Positions 35,801-47,724 of a DNA stretch of 49,103 bases are shown piece after piece. The stretch comes from Mesotaenium endlicherianum (lineage: Eukaryota), in assembly GCA_009602735.1 (NCBI GenBank), contig WELA01001161.1, forward strand, positions 377,963 to 427,065. Direction: 5' to 3'. Both the position numbers and the translations under genes were made by a program. The notes beneath the pieces are model-generated. The model worked only from the letters and a program-made list of their open reading frames with translations. It was not told the origin of the DNA and did no database searches. How positions within the stretch are numbered: the stretch's first letter is position 1; every line of letters starts with the position of its first letter.

Positions 35801-37119
35801 CCGCGGCCTCATCGGCGGCCTCCGAGCGGCGCTGCGGCGGGACGTGCGCCGCATCCGCGTGCGCGGCGACTCCACGCTCGTCTGCAAGCAGGTCAGGGAG
35901 TGGGGCTAGTGGCCAGGGGGGTAGGCGGGGGCTAGGGGCCAAAGCAATAGGGGGGCAATGGAGGAGGGGCAGGGGCCTAGAGGGGCTGGGCCGCAAAGGA
36001 GGATGGAGGCAGGGGAGGGCAAGGGCCAGGGGCCCAGAGGAGGAGGGGGGCAGGGGCAGGTGTGGGGCGTAGGAGGGGTGCTTTCAGGATGCACCAGGCA
36101 TTCTCACAGAGAGAGGAGATGCCTTGCAAGGCTTCAGATATGATGGGGCGGCGCTCAAGAGCTCCTTCCTCTTCTCCTGCCTGTCTTGGGGGTGCAACTC
36201 CTCTCGGCGGCTGACGAAAGCTGCAGGAAGTGGAATGCTGTGGGCTGCTTGCTGCTTGGCTCGTGCTGTCTGGTGTGCGTGAAGGGCATGTCAGCATATG
36301 CGGGGATGCGACAACCTAGTGTTGCGGCTGCCCTTCCTCAGTGTTCTTTCCGTGCTGCATGGAGTTGCTCTCTTAACCCACCTGCTGCCGCGCGCGCTCC
36401 ACCTGGCAGTGAGACCCCGAGCGAGATGACGTAGATAGATGCGCAATTCTGCGACGCACCATAAGAGCTCCAGGTCTCAAATCGGCAGCACTTTCAGCTT
36501 TCATATAAAATTATTGTTCTTTAAGCTCCCTGTTGCCAGATGCCTGCTGCTGACGCAACTCGTCCGGGGGTGTTGTGCTCCCCCTCTTCCCGCCTCCCTT
36601 CCCTCCCCTTCCCTCTTCGTCCTCCTCCCCTCGCTCATCTCCCATTGTTCCACGCCCCTCCCTGCCCCTGCTTTTGTCTCTTCCTGTCTCTCTCTCCCTC
36701 TCTCAGGTGAAGGGCCTGTGGGCTGTCAAGGCGGAACCGTTGCGGCCTCTGGTGGAGGAGGCGAGGAGGCTCATGGCCAGCTTTAAGTTCGCTGACATCA
36801 TCTTCGTGCGCAGGGTCAGTCGCTCCCGCATGACGGGATTGACCACCCTCTCTCTCACTGATTTCGAGCTTCTCTTCCATGGCAGGCTGAAGGGGGCGGG
36901 GGGAATTTGGTTTGGTAGAATGGGGGCTATAAAATGAGTAGGCCCGGCTGCTAATTGTCGGAAATTTTTACTTCGGAACCGAGGGGGGCCATTGCCTGTC
37001 TCCCATTATTGGGTGTGAGTAGGGTTGCTAGAGCACGCAGCGTTGACACGTACGGCACGTGTGGCAGGAGCACAACGCACACGCGGACCGCCTGGCCAAC
37101 GAGGGCGTTCTCTTGGAAG
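32819..37119 (+). CDS. RNH1: Ribonuclease H1, plant type (caulimovirus viroplasmin-like hybrid-binding domain + long low-complexity linker + RNase HI domain)
   Basis: Exons 32819-32905 (YYAVRVGRRPGIYTTWGECQAQ, GC donor), 33466-34242 (VNHYSGSIYKSFTTQAEAESFL + linker), optional 34861-34911, 35001-35237 (LEYDGASKGNPGPAGAG), 35748-35891 (ATNNHAEY..GDSTLV), 36707-36814, 37068-37119 (NAHADRLAN). All four D/E/D/D catalytic residues are present. The final short exon after the phase-1 donor at 37120 is ambiguous. Confidence 0.93.
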
Positions 37120-39532
37120 GTGCGTGCCATGGCTGCCCTGTGGTCCCCTCTACTCTCATAATTGTGAAGCGACTGAACTCTTGAGTTTATTCCGAAGCTG
37201 CCCGTCCGCACTTGTGGGCCAATCCTTTTGCAAAAATCTCGGGGATAAAATGGCATTCTAGAAAGGACTTATAGGTGCCAGGGTGAAGAAGTTGGAACCC
37301 TCCGATTTGTTCTGTCTGGCTCGCAGCCCTCTCGCAAGCGGCCCTCCGCTGACCCGACGAAAGTCCGATGACATCAGCGGCGCGATCCTTTTTGCCTCTT
37401 GCCACGTCCTGATGTTCCTCGCGTCAGCTGCGCTGTGACACAACGCGGCCCTGAAGCTTCTTAGGCTGTGGCTCTCCCGGCACCCAACGTGGCGCCGCCT
37501 GTCTGCGCGTGTGTGTGTGTAGCTTCCCCACTGTGAGGGGCAACCATGAAGGGCCTGATCGCCGCCAGGAAGATGTACAGACGAAGCTTCCCCCTGTGGG
37601 CTTCTCCTGGGTGTGATGCGGAAGCAGAGTCCAAGCTGGAGCGACTGGGCGAGCCTGGCACGCCAGCATCACCAGCACCGCAAGCGGCGGCGGCAGCAGC
37701 AGCAGGAGGAGGAGGAGGACCAGACGGAGCAGGAGGAGGCAGTCACAGTGGCAGCGTCGGGGGGCACGACAGCGAGCGCGGGAAAGCAAGCAAGAGGCAG
37801 AGGGCCAGCAGGGGAGGAGGAGGAGGAGGAGGAGGCAGAGGGAAAAGCACAAGGACAGCTAGAGCACGAGCAGGCGGATCAGGTTCACTGAGCGACAGAA
37901 CAGAAACAGGAACAGGAGCCGTGGCTGCAGCAGCAGCTGCTGCAGCGGCAGGAGGAGGAGGAGGCATGGCGTTTGGACCTCTTCCCGCGCACCGCAGCCT
38001 TAAGGCGGGGGGATGCCGGCTCCTCTCTCTGTCGCAAGACCTGCGCTGCGAGCTTGGGGACCCAAGGCAGGGGGGAATAGTGACGACCGAGTTTCACACA
38101 GCCTCTGCCGCAACGATCAGAGGGCTGAGAAGCTCCTTGGGGCTCTCGGCTGCAGTGAGGCAACAGCGATCTGCGCTGGCGCAGCAACGCGCTTGGCTGC
38201 TGGTGAGTGTTTCTGGTGGCGTGTGCAGCCATAGGATGAGAAACTTGACACCCTTGGGTGTCTATTATTTACAAGTCCTCTGTGCTGTGTGTTATCCCGT
38301 CGAGTGCTCAAGGAATGCGCTACTTTTTCTCTCTCCGCGCCACTCAGATGCACTTAGGCGCACGCCTTTGGTTGCCTGTTGTGGCTTTATGGCTTGCTCA
38401 CGGATCTTGCCTGTGGGCACTCTTTACATGTGCAGGGCCCAGCCGTTCTTTCTGCAGCTCTGGCGTCGAATTGTGCAAGCGTGAGGCACAGGATGGCTGT
38501 GCTGCGTGCGCCCCTTCCTTCCAGAAGAGTGGCCTCGCTGTTCCACATAGGACTTACGTTTGCAGCTCTCACGTTCGCTTAGTAGTCCATGTGAGAGTTG
38601 ACTTTCTGTCGACCTGGCCGTATAGTCACATTCGAATCAACGTTCTCTCCTGTAAGTTTTATTCATATACGTCACACTTTCTCCGGTGTTTAGACAACGG
38701 CCCTGTTTTTACCGAAGCCTCAGGGACCTAAGCACATCGTGTGCACCTGGGATGTGAAAATCGGACTTTTTACCGGGAAAATGAATACAGTTTTTCACAT
38801 TTTCTTTGAATACAGAGGATGCACAGCACGTATTACTTGTTGGAAGTTGACCCAGTTTTTACAGGCTATGCGTCTGCGAAGATGGAATTGGAAGTGAGCA
38901 TATTGTATATACAAGCAGTTTTGTCTTTGGAGGTATATGTGAAGGTCAGAAGGAACTTTGCTCTACTTCAGTGTCTACGTTTTATGATGTTTACTAGACA
39001 ACTTTAATTATGGTTATCATTCGGCTCTAGCTGTTACGTTAACAGTGATCGGCATGACTTGGGTGTCATATGTTCTGAAGGGTGGAGCTGAGCTGGATTT
39101 CTGAATGCACATCATGCTAGACTTCAAGTCAGGAAGAGGACATTTTTAGTAAGGGGAAACTCTGCCCTATATGGCCAGTTTACAGTGGCCAAATCGATAC
39201 CGAGTTGATTGATTGAAAAGTACTTCGCTGTACCTCGAAGTACATTTTCAAATTTAGCGCGATGAAACTGGTGTTTACATTGGTGTCAAGGCGCGACGCG
39301 ATTGATTGAAGTTTGTGAAGAATTTGATTGAACTTTCTGGTTTCAATCAATCGACCTCGCCTTTTCAATTCTGCTCTCGAGCAGAATTTAAATTCTGGAA
39401 TGTGTTCGACCCCTTGAATGACCCCCTCCTCGACGACCACTCGATTGACAAGGACTGTCGGTATTAGGTAGGGGAATCAAATGAGGATGTACCCAAGGAG
39501 TACTTTCTTTTTTTTGCTACCGATTTAAATTT

Positions 39533-39636
39533 GGATCATGCACAAGGCCACTAACCACACGGGTCATAGGGCTGTAGGCAAGCAGGATCATGCACAAGGC
39601 CACTAACCAAATGGGTCATTGGGCTGTAAGCACGCA
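39533..39636. repeat. 52-bp tandem duplication
   Basis: GGATCATGCACAAGGCCACTAACCA...GGGCTGTA at 39533 and again at 39585, with a few substitutions. Confidence 0.9.
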
Positions 39637-40953
39637 AAAAAGCTAGCTAACTCTCTCTTACCTGGGATATTTAATGCGCTGGTGCGTCGATGACAGGATG
39701 CAGGGCGCTGTTGTGGAACGGTACATGTGTATATTGTGTTACCCCTCCCTCGCTAGTTGGGAGCTGCCAATACAATAGTTGCTACTGCATTCAGCAGGCT
39801 ATGGTGTATTTTAAAAGTTATGTTCACGGCTGGTGAGAATGTGAGGTTTCGGCACCCAAAGGTCAAATCTTAAATGCAAGATGAACGATGCACAATGTTA
39901 AAATATGCTTTGTGAGGTCTGACCAAGCCCGGAAATGACGCGGAGACGAAATGCGACATTGTGGAGGGGATTGTACCATTTCCCTCACTTAATTTTGTGC
40001 CTGTGCACTATAAACACTTTTTTGTTTAGCTGTCGGAAACTTGGTCGTCTACTTTGTCTTCGTCGCTTCGATCTCGTAATTTTCAATTCCGCCATTCGCG
40101 TTGATCAATTGAGTGCCTGTGGCCACTGTAAACTGGCCCTTAGTTGGAAAGAAAGAAAACAAAAGTGATTATCATTTACTGAGTACTAAGGACGAAAATA
40201 CTAAAATTTACGAACACCAAGGGCAACGTGTGGGGTTAAGTGGAGAGAGCGCTCTATGCCCAGGTCATGGCAACTGAAAACTGTGCAATATACCGTCTGG
40301 CACTCCCGCCACCTACCACCCACCCCCTTGCCCATGCTAGTCTTGAAAGTTGGCAGGACTGCATGATTAAAACGAGTGGGACAGGAGAGCAATAGCACAG
40401 AAACTTTGCCTAACGGTCATTATAATGAGGCATTGCATTAGATTCTACATCATGCACGGGAAACACCCACAATCTAGCAAGTAGGGTTGCCAGTCAAGGC
40501 ACAGCAAACTTGGAGATAGGTGTGCAAGAGTGGAAATCATATATGTATTTATGTATATCAAATACGTTCACCTGTTTTCAGGGAACAATGTGAAGAAACC
40601 AAACATCAAACCAAATTGGGACCGACCAGTACAAGCTACATATTCTATGTTTCTGACAAATGAACTCTGACGTTATGTATACAATGTGTATATATCAATC
40701 TTGTCCTACTTGCTACATTATTAATCTTGAAATACAATCCATGGCCAGGGATCTCCAGCGATTCCATTGCACTGAGAGACCAACTGAACGGACAGGAAAA
40801 TTAGCTAGACATAACTGAGAATACCTTCGAAACCAAAACCAGTTACTCTGCTCAAAAAATGGGAGGGCAATGTGCCCTTGAGTGTTTTCGTCCTATCAAT
40901 GTCAAATCTTCATCGTCGTCATCATCATCATCACCACCACCACGTGTGAGCAG

Positions 40954-43038
40954 CTAGTATGCCCCCCTCACGCGGTCCTGAATCAGCTGGCGCTCCCATG
41001 GTGCAACGTCACCGAAGGCAAAGTCGGGAAGGTGCTCAAAAGGGGGCTGGTGATGGTTGTTCTTGGCGAGGTCATATGTTGCACCCCTGATTGCCTCCTT
41101 CTTTGGGCCGCATGGCCTCTTTGAAGTGACAAAGTGATAGGCAGTTCCAAGCTGCACAAAGACACAGGCGTGGGAGGATTAGCAACACGTCGTATAGTCA
41201 CATGTCTTCCACTCTTACGCAGGCTGCTGCCAATCAACAAACCTTGTCTCCAAGTAGGTTTGCTGCAAATGTCATTGAAGTTGAGTGCGTAGATTGTGCT
41301 TACATCCATGTCGTTGAACCAAAAGAGATATGCGATGGCGGCAGCAGGAGCACGCCCAAGTCCCGCGGTGCAGTGCACATAAACAGTGCGCCCCTCACGA
41401 ATGTGTCTGTCCAGAACGGCCACCATGCGGGGCAGCTCATGGCGCAGAGAGTGGGGGTCGAAGTCACGAGCCTGCAAGCATCTTCAAGGTGCACGTCAGA
41501 CCTACTCTGGAATGAGAGCAAAGAGACTGAACTGCATGTGCTTCCTGGGCATACAACGAATGTCCTCTGAAGCAAGGAATGTCCTCTGAGCGTACTAAAC
41601 CTGCAACCTTATGAAATAAGATACGAAAAGCAACTACCACTCATTGATGTACACCTACGCTCCACCAGTCCAGGGAGCCACCAGTAGAGGACAAACATAT
41701 TTCTGTTTATGACTTCCCACCATCATGCCTCATCTGCCAACCTCACTGGTGACTCTGCCCACTCTGCACATCAATTGACTGAACCCTGCCCATGTTTGAC
41801 AGGGAACTGATTTTCCTAGGCCAACCGGATGTCACAATGTTATGAAACTGTATTTAAGGAGAGTGCAAAGGGAGGCAATGGCAGCAGGGCATCTGGTCTT
41901 ACAGGGCGGCGGTAGTGACGAACTCCCAATTGGTCACAGCGATGCTTGATGCTGTTGATGTTGATTCCCCAGTATTGAATGTCATGGTCTTGCTGAAGGT
42001 TCAAGACAACAGCCACACCCTCGTCGAAGAAGAGCCTATCGATGTCCTCTGAGCTTTGTGGCTGAGATCCCACGATGAGGTTCTCGGTAATGCGGGTGTA
42101 GTACATGCCTGATCCATGCAAGTTGGAAAGAGGAGTCAATCAGGTTATTGCTCACAACTCTTGTTTCAATAGCTTCGACAACCTTTGACTCCATGGCATC
42201 CTTCGATGCCATGCCAAATGAGTCAGTAACGTATTCAGCAATGTTGAATGCTTTACATGTCTGTTTGTCAGTAGCATACAGTGCAAGCAGGTCCTATATA
42301 TCTAGACTAGAAGATACACCCAAGAGCCAGTCACATATGTGCAAGTCACATTGCGCACACCCTATGATCCCCTAGAAGGTGACACCCCAACTAGGGCTAA
42401 CTAGTACAGCTCTACAACCAGAGACAGTCACAAACATCGAAACTGTTGAAGAACCAACTCATCAGATGATCACACTACTGCAAAAAACAGAAACATAGAA
42501 GGAAAAGATAGTCTTCATTGAAGTGTCAAGACGCAGACAACGAGCACATCACTGCCCCCTTTTCTATGATGAGGGCTGAATCTTGTAGAGCCAAGTGCCT
42601 TTGCTACATTTGACCTGTGCTTGTGTGGAGGGAAGCATGCTGGTGAGATATAAGAGCTGCATGCTAAGACTTGTACAGTAATCCGTGCGTACCAAGGTCA
42701 TGGTGATATTCGAAGGGGCTCTTCATCGCCCTCTTCATCATCTGATTGTATTCGTGAGAAGATTCTCTCTTCTCTTGTGGAACGGCCTCAGGCATGGCTA
42801 CAGATGCAGAGCATATGGCAGATAGCCTCCTACCACACGTAGAGGTGGCACTGGTGGCTGTGTCGGGTAGTGCATGTTTAGAAAGACTAGACTTGTCCAA
42901 TGCAGACGAACAGCGTGTAGCAATCTGCACCCGACTCATTCTTTGACTAGAAGAAGAATGATAGCCATTTAAGCCACTAGTAGAGGCAAAAGCTACCTCG
43001 CTTATCCTAAGAGCAAGGGACTGCTGACTAATTGCCAT
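40954..43038 (-). CDS. LSF2: Phosphoglucan phosphatase LSF2 (Like Sex Four 2), chloroplastic
   Basis: Exons 43038-42693 (transit peptide..EYNQMMKRAMKSPFEYHHDLG), 42108-41903 (MYYTRITENLIVGSQPQ..LNLQQD..YWGI), 41471-41304 (ARDFDPHSLR..VYVHCTAGLGRAP), 41151-40954 (KRPCGPKKEAIRGATYDLAKN..WERQLIQDRV). No CBM48 domain. Confidence 0.96.
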
Positions 43039-43783
43039 GACAGAGTTACTCCTGACACACTAAGCCAGTAAATGTGCCCTTTGTTGATTTAAGCTTGGCG
43101 GTAACAGCTTGTTGTAAAGTATAAGTTGCAGCTCTCTAAGAAACGATTGTTCAATTCAAGAGTAAAGTCTAATAAGCAATGACTATATAAGGGCCAACAG
43201 ATTGGAGAACCCGGTAAACTGAGATCCGGGGAAAGATACTCCAGTGAAAGGATCCGCTAACACAGATTGTCAACGATTTGGTTTGCGTATAGAGCGTTGG
43301 TTGAAATGGCAACGATGGAATTCCTGAGCCAAGCTCTTACCTAATACGACAGGTGTTAGGCTAGGTGCAGCCCTCTGACATTAGGTTTCAAGCTTCTGCT
43401 TGCTGCTGGCTCAACAGGGCTCAATGAGGCTTCGGTAGCTGGGGGGACCAGTTTATTAGAAGCAAGACGTCAAGTCCTTTCTCAGCCAACCGTCAGGCTT
43501 TGACTAGCCTTCACAGCTGCCGGCTTTTTAGGTGGCTAGACTCGTGGCTGACCTTAAATAACACGGCAATACACGGCAACACAAGTTTTCGACGCCTGAA
43601 TGACATGGCGAGACACTTGGTTGAAACTTCAAACGTGTTCTTTAAATAGTATATCCAAAACGCCGCGATCTGAGGAGAAACCTGGATACGTGCAGGCAAG
43701 TGGTAAATCATTGTGGTGAATAGGATGATGATGGAAGGTGATTGAGAAGGAACGGCCACGTACCGAGTTGTACTGAGTGGGGA

Positions 43784-44430
43784 TGTCGTACTCTCGGATG
43801 ACTCGTGGTTCGGGCTCACTCGTGGTTAAGGTTCACCCGTGGTCCAGGTTTCTAGAATTAGGATGAAACATTGTGGACCACTTGAGAGTGCTTGAGAGTG
43901 CTCGAGAGTCGAAAGCCAACGCACACGATTGACACTTCCGTCGAAACCTGCAACCAAGAGGTACGTAATGTCATGCCTATCCGTGTCGGTGCCCGGCACG
44001 GGTCTTGGTTGTCCACACGCGAGATGTCGTCCAAGTTGACCCTTGTAGGTGCCTCTCACAAGTGAGTTAACGTCCTCCTTGATCACCAACATCTGACTTC
44101 GCACGTATGTCATAGAAGGCCAGACCCAATTAACTCCCCGAACTCGCAAAAGCCAAGTTACTCGCAAATGCCAAGTTCTCAATCAGCAAGCTTAGTATAT
44201 ACACACTGAGCTCACTTTCACCCTTTCTTTCGAGGGTTCTAATAATTTTGCAAAAAGTTTTGGGTGCCTTCAATTCTCTTTAATAGTGCGAATACGAATA
44301 AAATGGTAACTCGAGGTACTGTGATCGCACGCCAATTGTACTTATACAATCGACACTTCCAGTTGTATTTGGCGACGTGTCGCATGCGCCGCAACCAGCC
44401 ACGATGCGGATCGTTACACTCTTTCCACCT
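43784..44430 (-). mobile_element. Probable 3' LTR (about 635 bp) plus polypurine tract of an older minus-strand LTR retrotransposon
   Basis: On the minus strand, the PPT-like AGGTGGAAAGAG (44430-44419) abuts TGTAACG at 44418. Candidate end ..GTACGACA at 43784; internal TATA-like GTATATAC near 44195. The left boundary is inferred and no TSD was found. Confidence 0.5.
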
Positions 44431-44657
44431 ACAAGTGTGCACGTCTCGGGCACTTATGCCGCAGCGACGCGAGAAACATTGTTTTGGGATAGTGTCCTTT
44501 CTTCGTCCGATCCAAGCATCGCCATACGGTCGTACCATCCACCAGTCTCTCACCCTTGTGCTTATTGGAATTTGAACCCTAGACTTGTGGACACGGTTGC
44601 GTACGTTCGCGCTCCAATATCATTGCCAATATCATTGTAGCAATACAAGCGATTAGC

Positions 44658-44774
44658 TAACTTGAGGTACTTTGATCACGCGCCAATTGTACGATACAAA
44701 TCAAATCAACACTTCCGGTCGCATTCGACGACGTGTCGCACGCGTCGCAACTGGTCGCGCGGCAGATCGTTACA
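44658..44774 (-). repeat. Diverged second copy of 44307-44418 (LTR-start fragment)
   Basis: TAACT(C/T)GAGGTACT..CGCCAATTGTAC..CGACGTGTCGCA..GATCGTTACA is present twice. Both copies end at exactly the same base and differ mainly by transitions. Confidence 0.85.
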
Positions 44775-45889
44775 AAATGTCTATTTTGTTTTCTTTAAAA
44801 GAATACAATCGCAGTGAACAGGCTTCGTATTATGGCATTCTACTATATCCTCTACGTATGTGACCTTGCCTTGTTGAACAAGCTAGCATTAAAAATTCAC
44901 ACAGCACACACTCTAATATATTTTAAATACATGTTCTTCAAATTTCTCATGGAGTTTCTAGAAGTTTCATAATCACCTTGGCACTCTACGTGATTGTACG
45001 TGATTTTTGGAATATTCATATTTTAGTGTCCTAGCCCCTCGATTGCAATCAAAATGTTTGTTATTGGACTTGCCACTGTCATGAAGTGAATTCGTGGCAC
45101 TAAAAATTATTTATAGTTCTCAAAAGTCATAGAGTCTTTGTAATGAATCAGTAGTATTGATAGTATAATATTCATTTACATATAATAGTTAACTAAGTTT
45201 AATCTTCTGGACTTTAGTTAATATTAAATTTGCTGGACTTTTAGAATTACTCAGGATAATGACTCAGTCAAAAGCAGCAGGCTGAAGTCTACTATTGGTC
45301 AGCTTGCTGACACATTCTTTGACAGTCAGCTGACTGCCGTACTTGGTATCAGTAAACTGCCTAGTTATGCATCTAAGAGTGGTATGCTAGATGAGTGGTC
45401 AAATGACATCCTTGGGGTGGATGACAATTTGGAATGATGGGAGATGGCTGTGGATTTGATTAGCCGAGGTCCTACCGACGTGGTTAATTCCCGGATAGGC
45501 GGTGCCATCGCACTTGTTGTTGAACAGTAAACTCCATTCCATGTACGTAGGTTAGGTCATGCTCTTGAGTTCGGCATTTGGAAACGAGACCAACTCTCTT
45601 GTACCGCTTACAGAGAGATGTCTGAATCCAAGGCGAGAAGCCATTGATACGAACTCACTTCTAACCTTGTGCATATATATGAGTTTCCTGATTGCATGAT
45701 TGATGCTCGTTTACTTGCATTTGACGTGTGAGTATTGTACTGCTAGTTGTGGAGTCTTTTGTTGATTACTAAGTAACCTGAAAATACCGTAAGGATCACT
45801 TGTTGATATAAGGGACTTTTATTTATTGTTAATCGCCTATTGGTAAGTCGATTCATTTCAGTCTCAAATCACAACTTGTTGATTCTTTG

Positions 45890-46392
45890 TGTAGAGATTT
45901 GAGTTATTATATATTAATTTGCATATATTTCAATGTTTTCAAATATATTTGGAGTAGTATTGTGTGGATTCAAGTGTGAATAGGTACTCTAGTGACTTGG
46001 TTCATGTCTTTTGAACCTTCTAAGGCATTTTGGAAGTTAGAGGAAAGACCTAGAAGAACTCCACGTGGCAAAAGTCAAATGTGCCATTTTTAGGTCAAAA
46101 GGACATGTGTACATTATTCTAGAAAGAGGTGGCAAGTTTTGGGATGTGTTGGGTGCCAACACATCAACATACACCTTCCTAGAAATTACTTATTTAGCAA
46201 GTATATAAACAAGAGCTAGAACATAGAAAGACATTCCAGAATCACTCTTGTACTTGCCAAAATCCAGAAATATATTAACTTTCAAGAAGCCATCTCTCTT
46301 TCAAGAAGCTACCACTTGTGTTCAAAGATCCTTGTCTTGAATAGATAAAGTATTACATTTCACTAAGTACTTCATCCATCTGTTTCACTACA
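45890..46392 (+). repeat. 5' LTR (about 503 bp)
   Basis: Terminal inverted repeat TGTAG...CTACA, TATATAAA at 46202-46209, ending 1 nt before the PBS. The right end is firm; the left end is inferred from the TIR only. Confidence 0.7.
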
Positions 46393-46393
46393 G

Positions 46394-46405
46394 TGGTATC
46401 GGAGC
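46394..46405 (+). promoter_or_regulatory. Primer-binding site for initiator tRNA-Met
   Basis: TGGTATCGGAGC versus canonical TGGTATCAGAGC. The one A>G difference would be a G:U pair. Confidence 0.9.
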
Positions 46406-46429
46406 TAGGCACTTTGGTAGCACAAGAAG

Positions 46430-47710
46430 ATGGCCGATCCTCAAGACCAACAGCAAGCTTTCGAAGGAAGCCCTTCCTCTCCAAGACACCCTCCTCCAGC
46501 GCCGATGGGAGAGCCCACTCAAGAAAATCTGCAACAACAAGAAGCACCACAAGGAGGAGCACACCCTCCTCCAGCGTCGATGGGAGAGCCTACTCAAGGA
46601 AATCTGCAACAACAAGAAGCACCACAAGGAGGAGCACCGTCAAATCCCGTGGCAGCCGCTATAGCAAAGTTGACCCCACCACAAGGAGTTCCCGCAAATG
46701 AGTGGGCAGCCTTCCTAATGACCGTCCACAACCAAGTGGGCTTGGCCACCTATGAAGCAACCGTGCAAGCGTCAAGAGAAGCTATGGCTGCCATGGTTGC
46801 CCCTATTGCGAGCAATGCTCAAAATCCAGCCCCGGCTCAAGCGCCTCCACAAGAGCCAACGAGAGCAAGGAAACTCATCAAGCCCGGCAAACCCGACACT
46901 TTCAACCCCGGGAAAGGTGCCAACCTGAATTTATGGCTCTACCAAGTGGAGACGTACCTCGCGTTCCTTGAAGTACCCGAGGAGGACTACGTTCCCTTTG
47001 CCGTTACCTTACTTAGAGGAGCAGCAACATCATGGTGGCGTAACTATCAAGCGGCTATATATCAAGCTATGGCGCACCCCATGCTCGGCCAAGAGCCCCC
47101 ACCATCATATGCAAGATGGGCAGATTTTCGTGAGGCCCTCAAGAAGCAATTCATGCCCATCAATGCGGAGAAGATTGCCCGAGGAAAGCTCCACCATCTC
47201 AAGCAAACGACGTCCGTTCAAGAGTATACATCCAGATTTCACGCCCTCACTCTTGAGATCCCCAACATGTCTCTCGAGGAGAAGATTGACCGTTACATCT
47301 TTGGCCTCAAACCCAAGGTGGCAAAGGAAGTGGAGTTACGCGACTTGACGGACTTCTCAAAGATCATTGAAGTGGCCCAAAAGGTGGATACCTTGGATTT
47401 CAAGCACTCCGTGCCTTCATCTTCACGGGTACCGACGACGCGGGTGTACGCAGCCCCTTCCACATCCGAATCTGGACCCACACCCATGGAAATCGGAGTT
47501 ATTAAAAGGGACCCCGCGGCTGCCCGGAAGAGTGGAAGACCCTCCAATGACACTTATGATGCAAGAAACCAGCAAGGAGTGAAAGCAAGACTCTCCCCGG
47601 CTGAAAAAGAAGCTCTCATGACGGCTGGACTATGCTTTTATTGCAAGGAAAAGGGCCATCGTGCACTTTCATGCCCCAAAAAGTTGTCAAAAAACGGACA
47701 GCGCCGGTAG
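46430..47710 (+). CDS. gag: Retrotransposon Gag (retrotrans_gag domain + CCHC zinc knuckle), 426 aa
   Basis: [77 protein letters not shown]. Confidence 0.95.
   Translation: MADPQDQQQAFEGSPSSPRHPPPAPMGEPTQENLQQQEAPQGGAHPPPASMGEPTQGNLQQQEAPQGGAPSNPVAAAIAKLTPPQGVPANEWAAFLMTVHNQVGLATYEATVQASREAMAAMVAPIASNAQNPAPAQAPPQEPTRARKLIKPGKPDTFNPGKGANLNLWLYQVETYLAFLEVPEEDYVPFAVTLLRGAATSWWRNYQAAIYQAMAHPMLGQEPPPSYARWADFREALKKQFMPINAEKIARGKLHHLKQTTSVQEYTSRFHALTLEIPNMSLEEKIDRYIFGLKPKVAKEVELRDLTDFSKIIEVAQKVDTLDFKHSVPSSSRVPTTRVYAAPSTSESGPTPMEIGVIKRDPAAARKSGRPSNDTYDARNQQGVKARLSPAEKEALMTAGLCFYCKEKGHRALSCPKKLSKNGQRR
46486..46635 (+). repeat. 75-bp in-frame tandem duplication in gag N-terminus
   Basis: Units start at 46486 and 46561, encoding HPPPA(P/S)MGEPTQ(E/G)[12 protein letters not shown] twice. 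Confidence 0.95.
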
Positions 47711-47724
47711 GCCAGGAGCGTACC
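47689..47724 (+). promoter_or_regulatory. Putative -1 programmed ribosomal frameshift signal
   Basis: A_AAA_AAC in the gag frame (47689-47695) fits X_XXY_YYZ. Pol is open in the -1 frame from here, and a GC-rich structured segment follows. Confidence 0.8.

Noticed and set aside
39533..39636. CRISPR-like or minisatellite array
   Set aside because: Only two abutting units with no unique spacers, in a eukaryotic context. A simple tandem duplication.
44775..45889. Possible further LTR/TE remnant
   Set aside because: It looks repeat-like, but no terminus, PBS, PPT or coding motif could be identified without a genome search.
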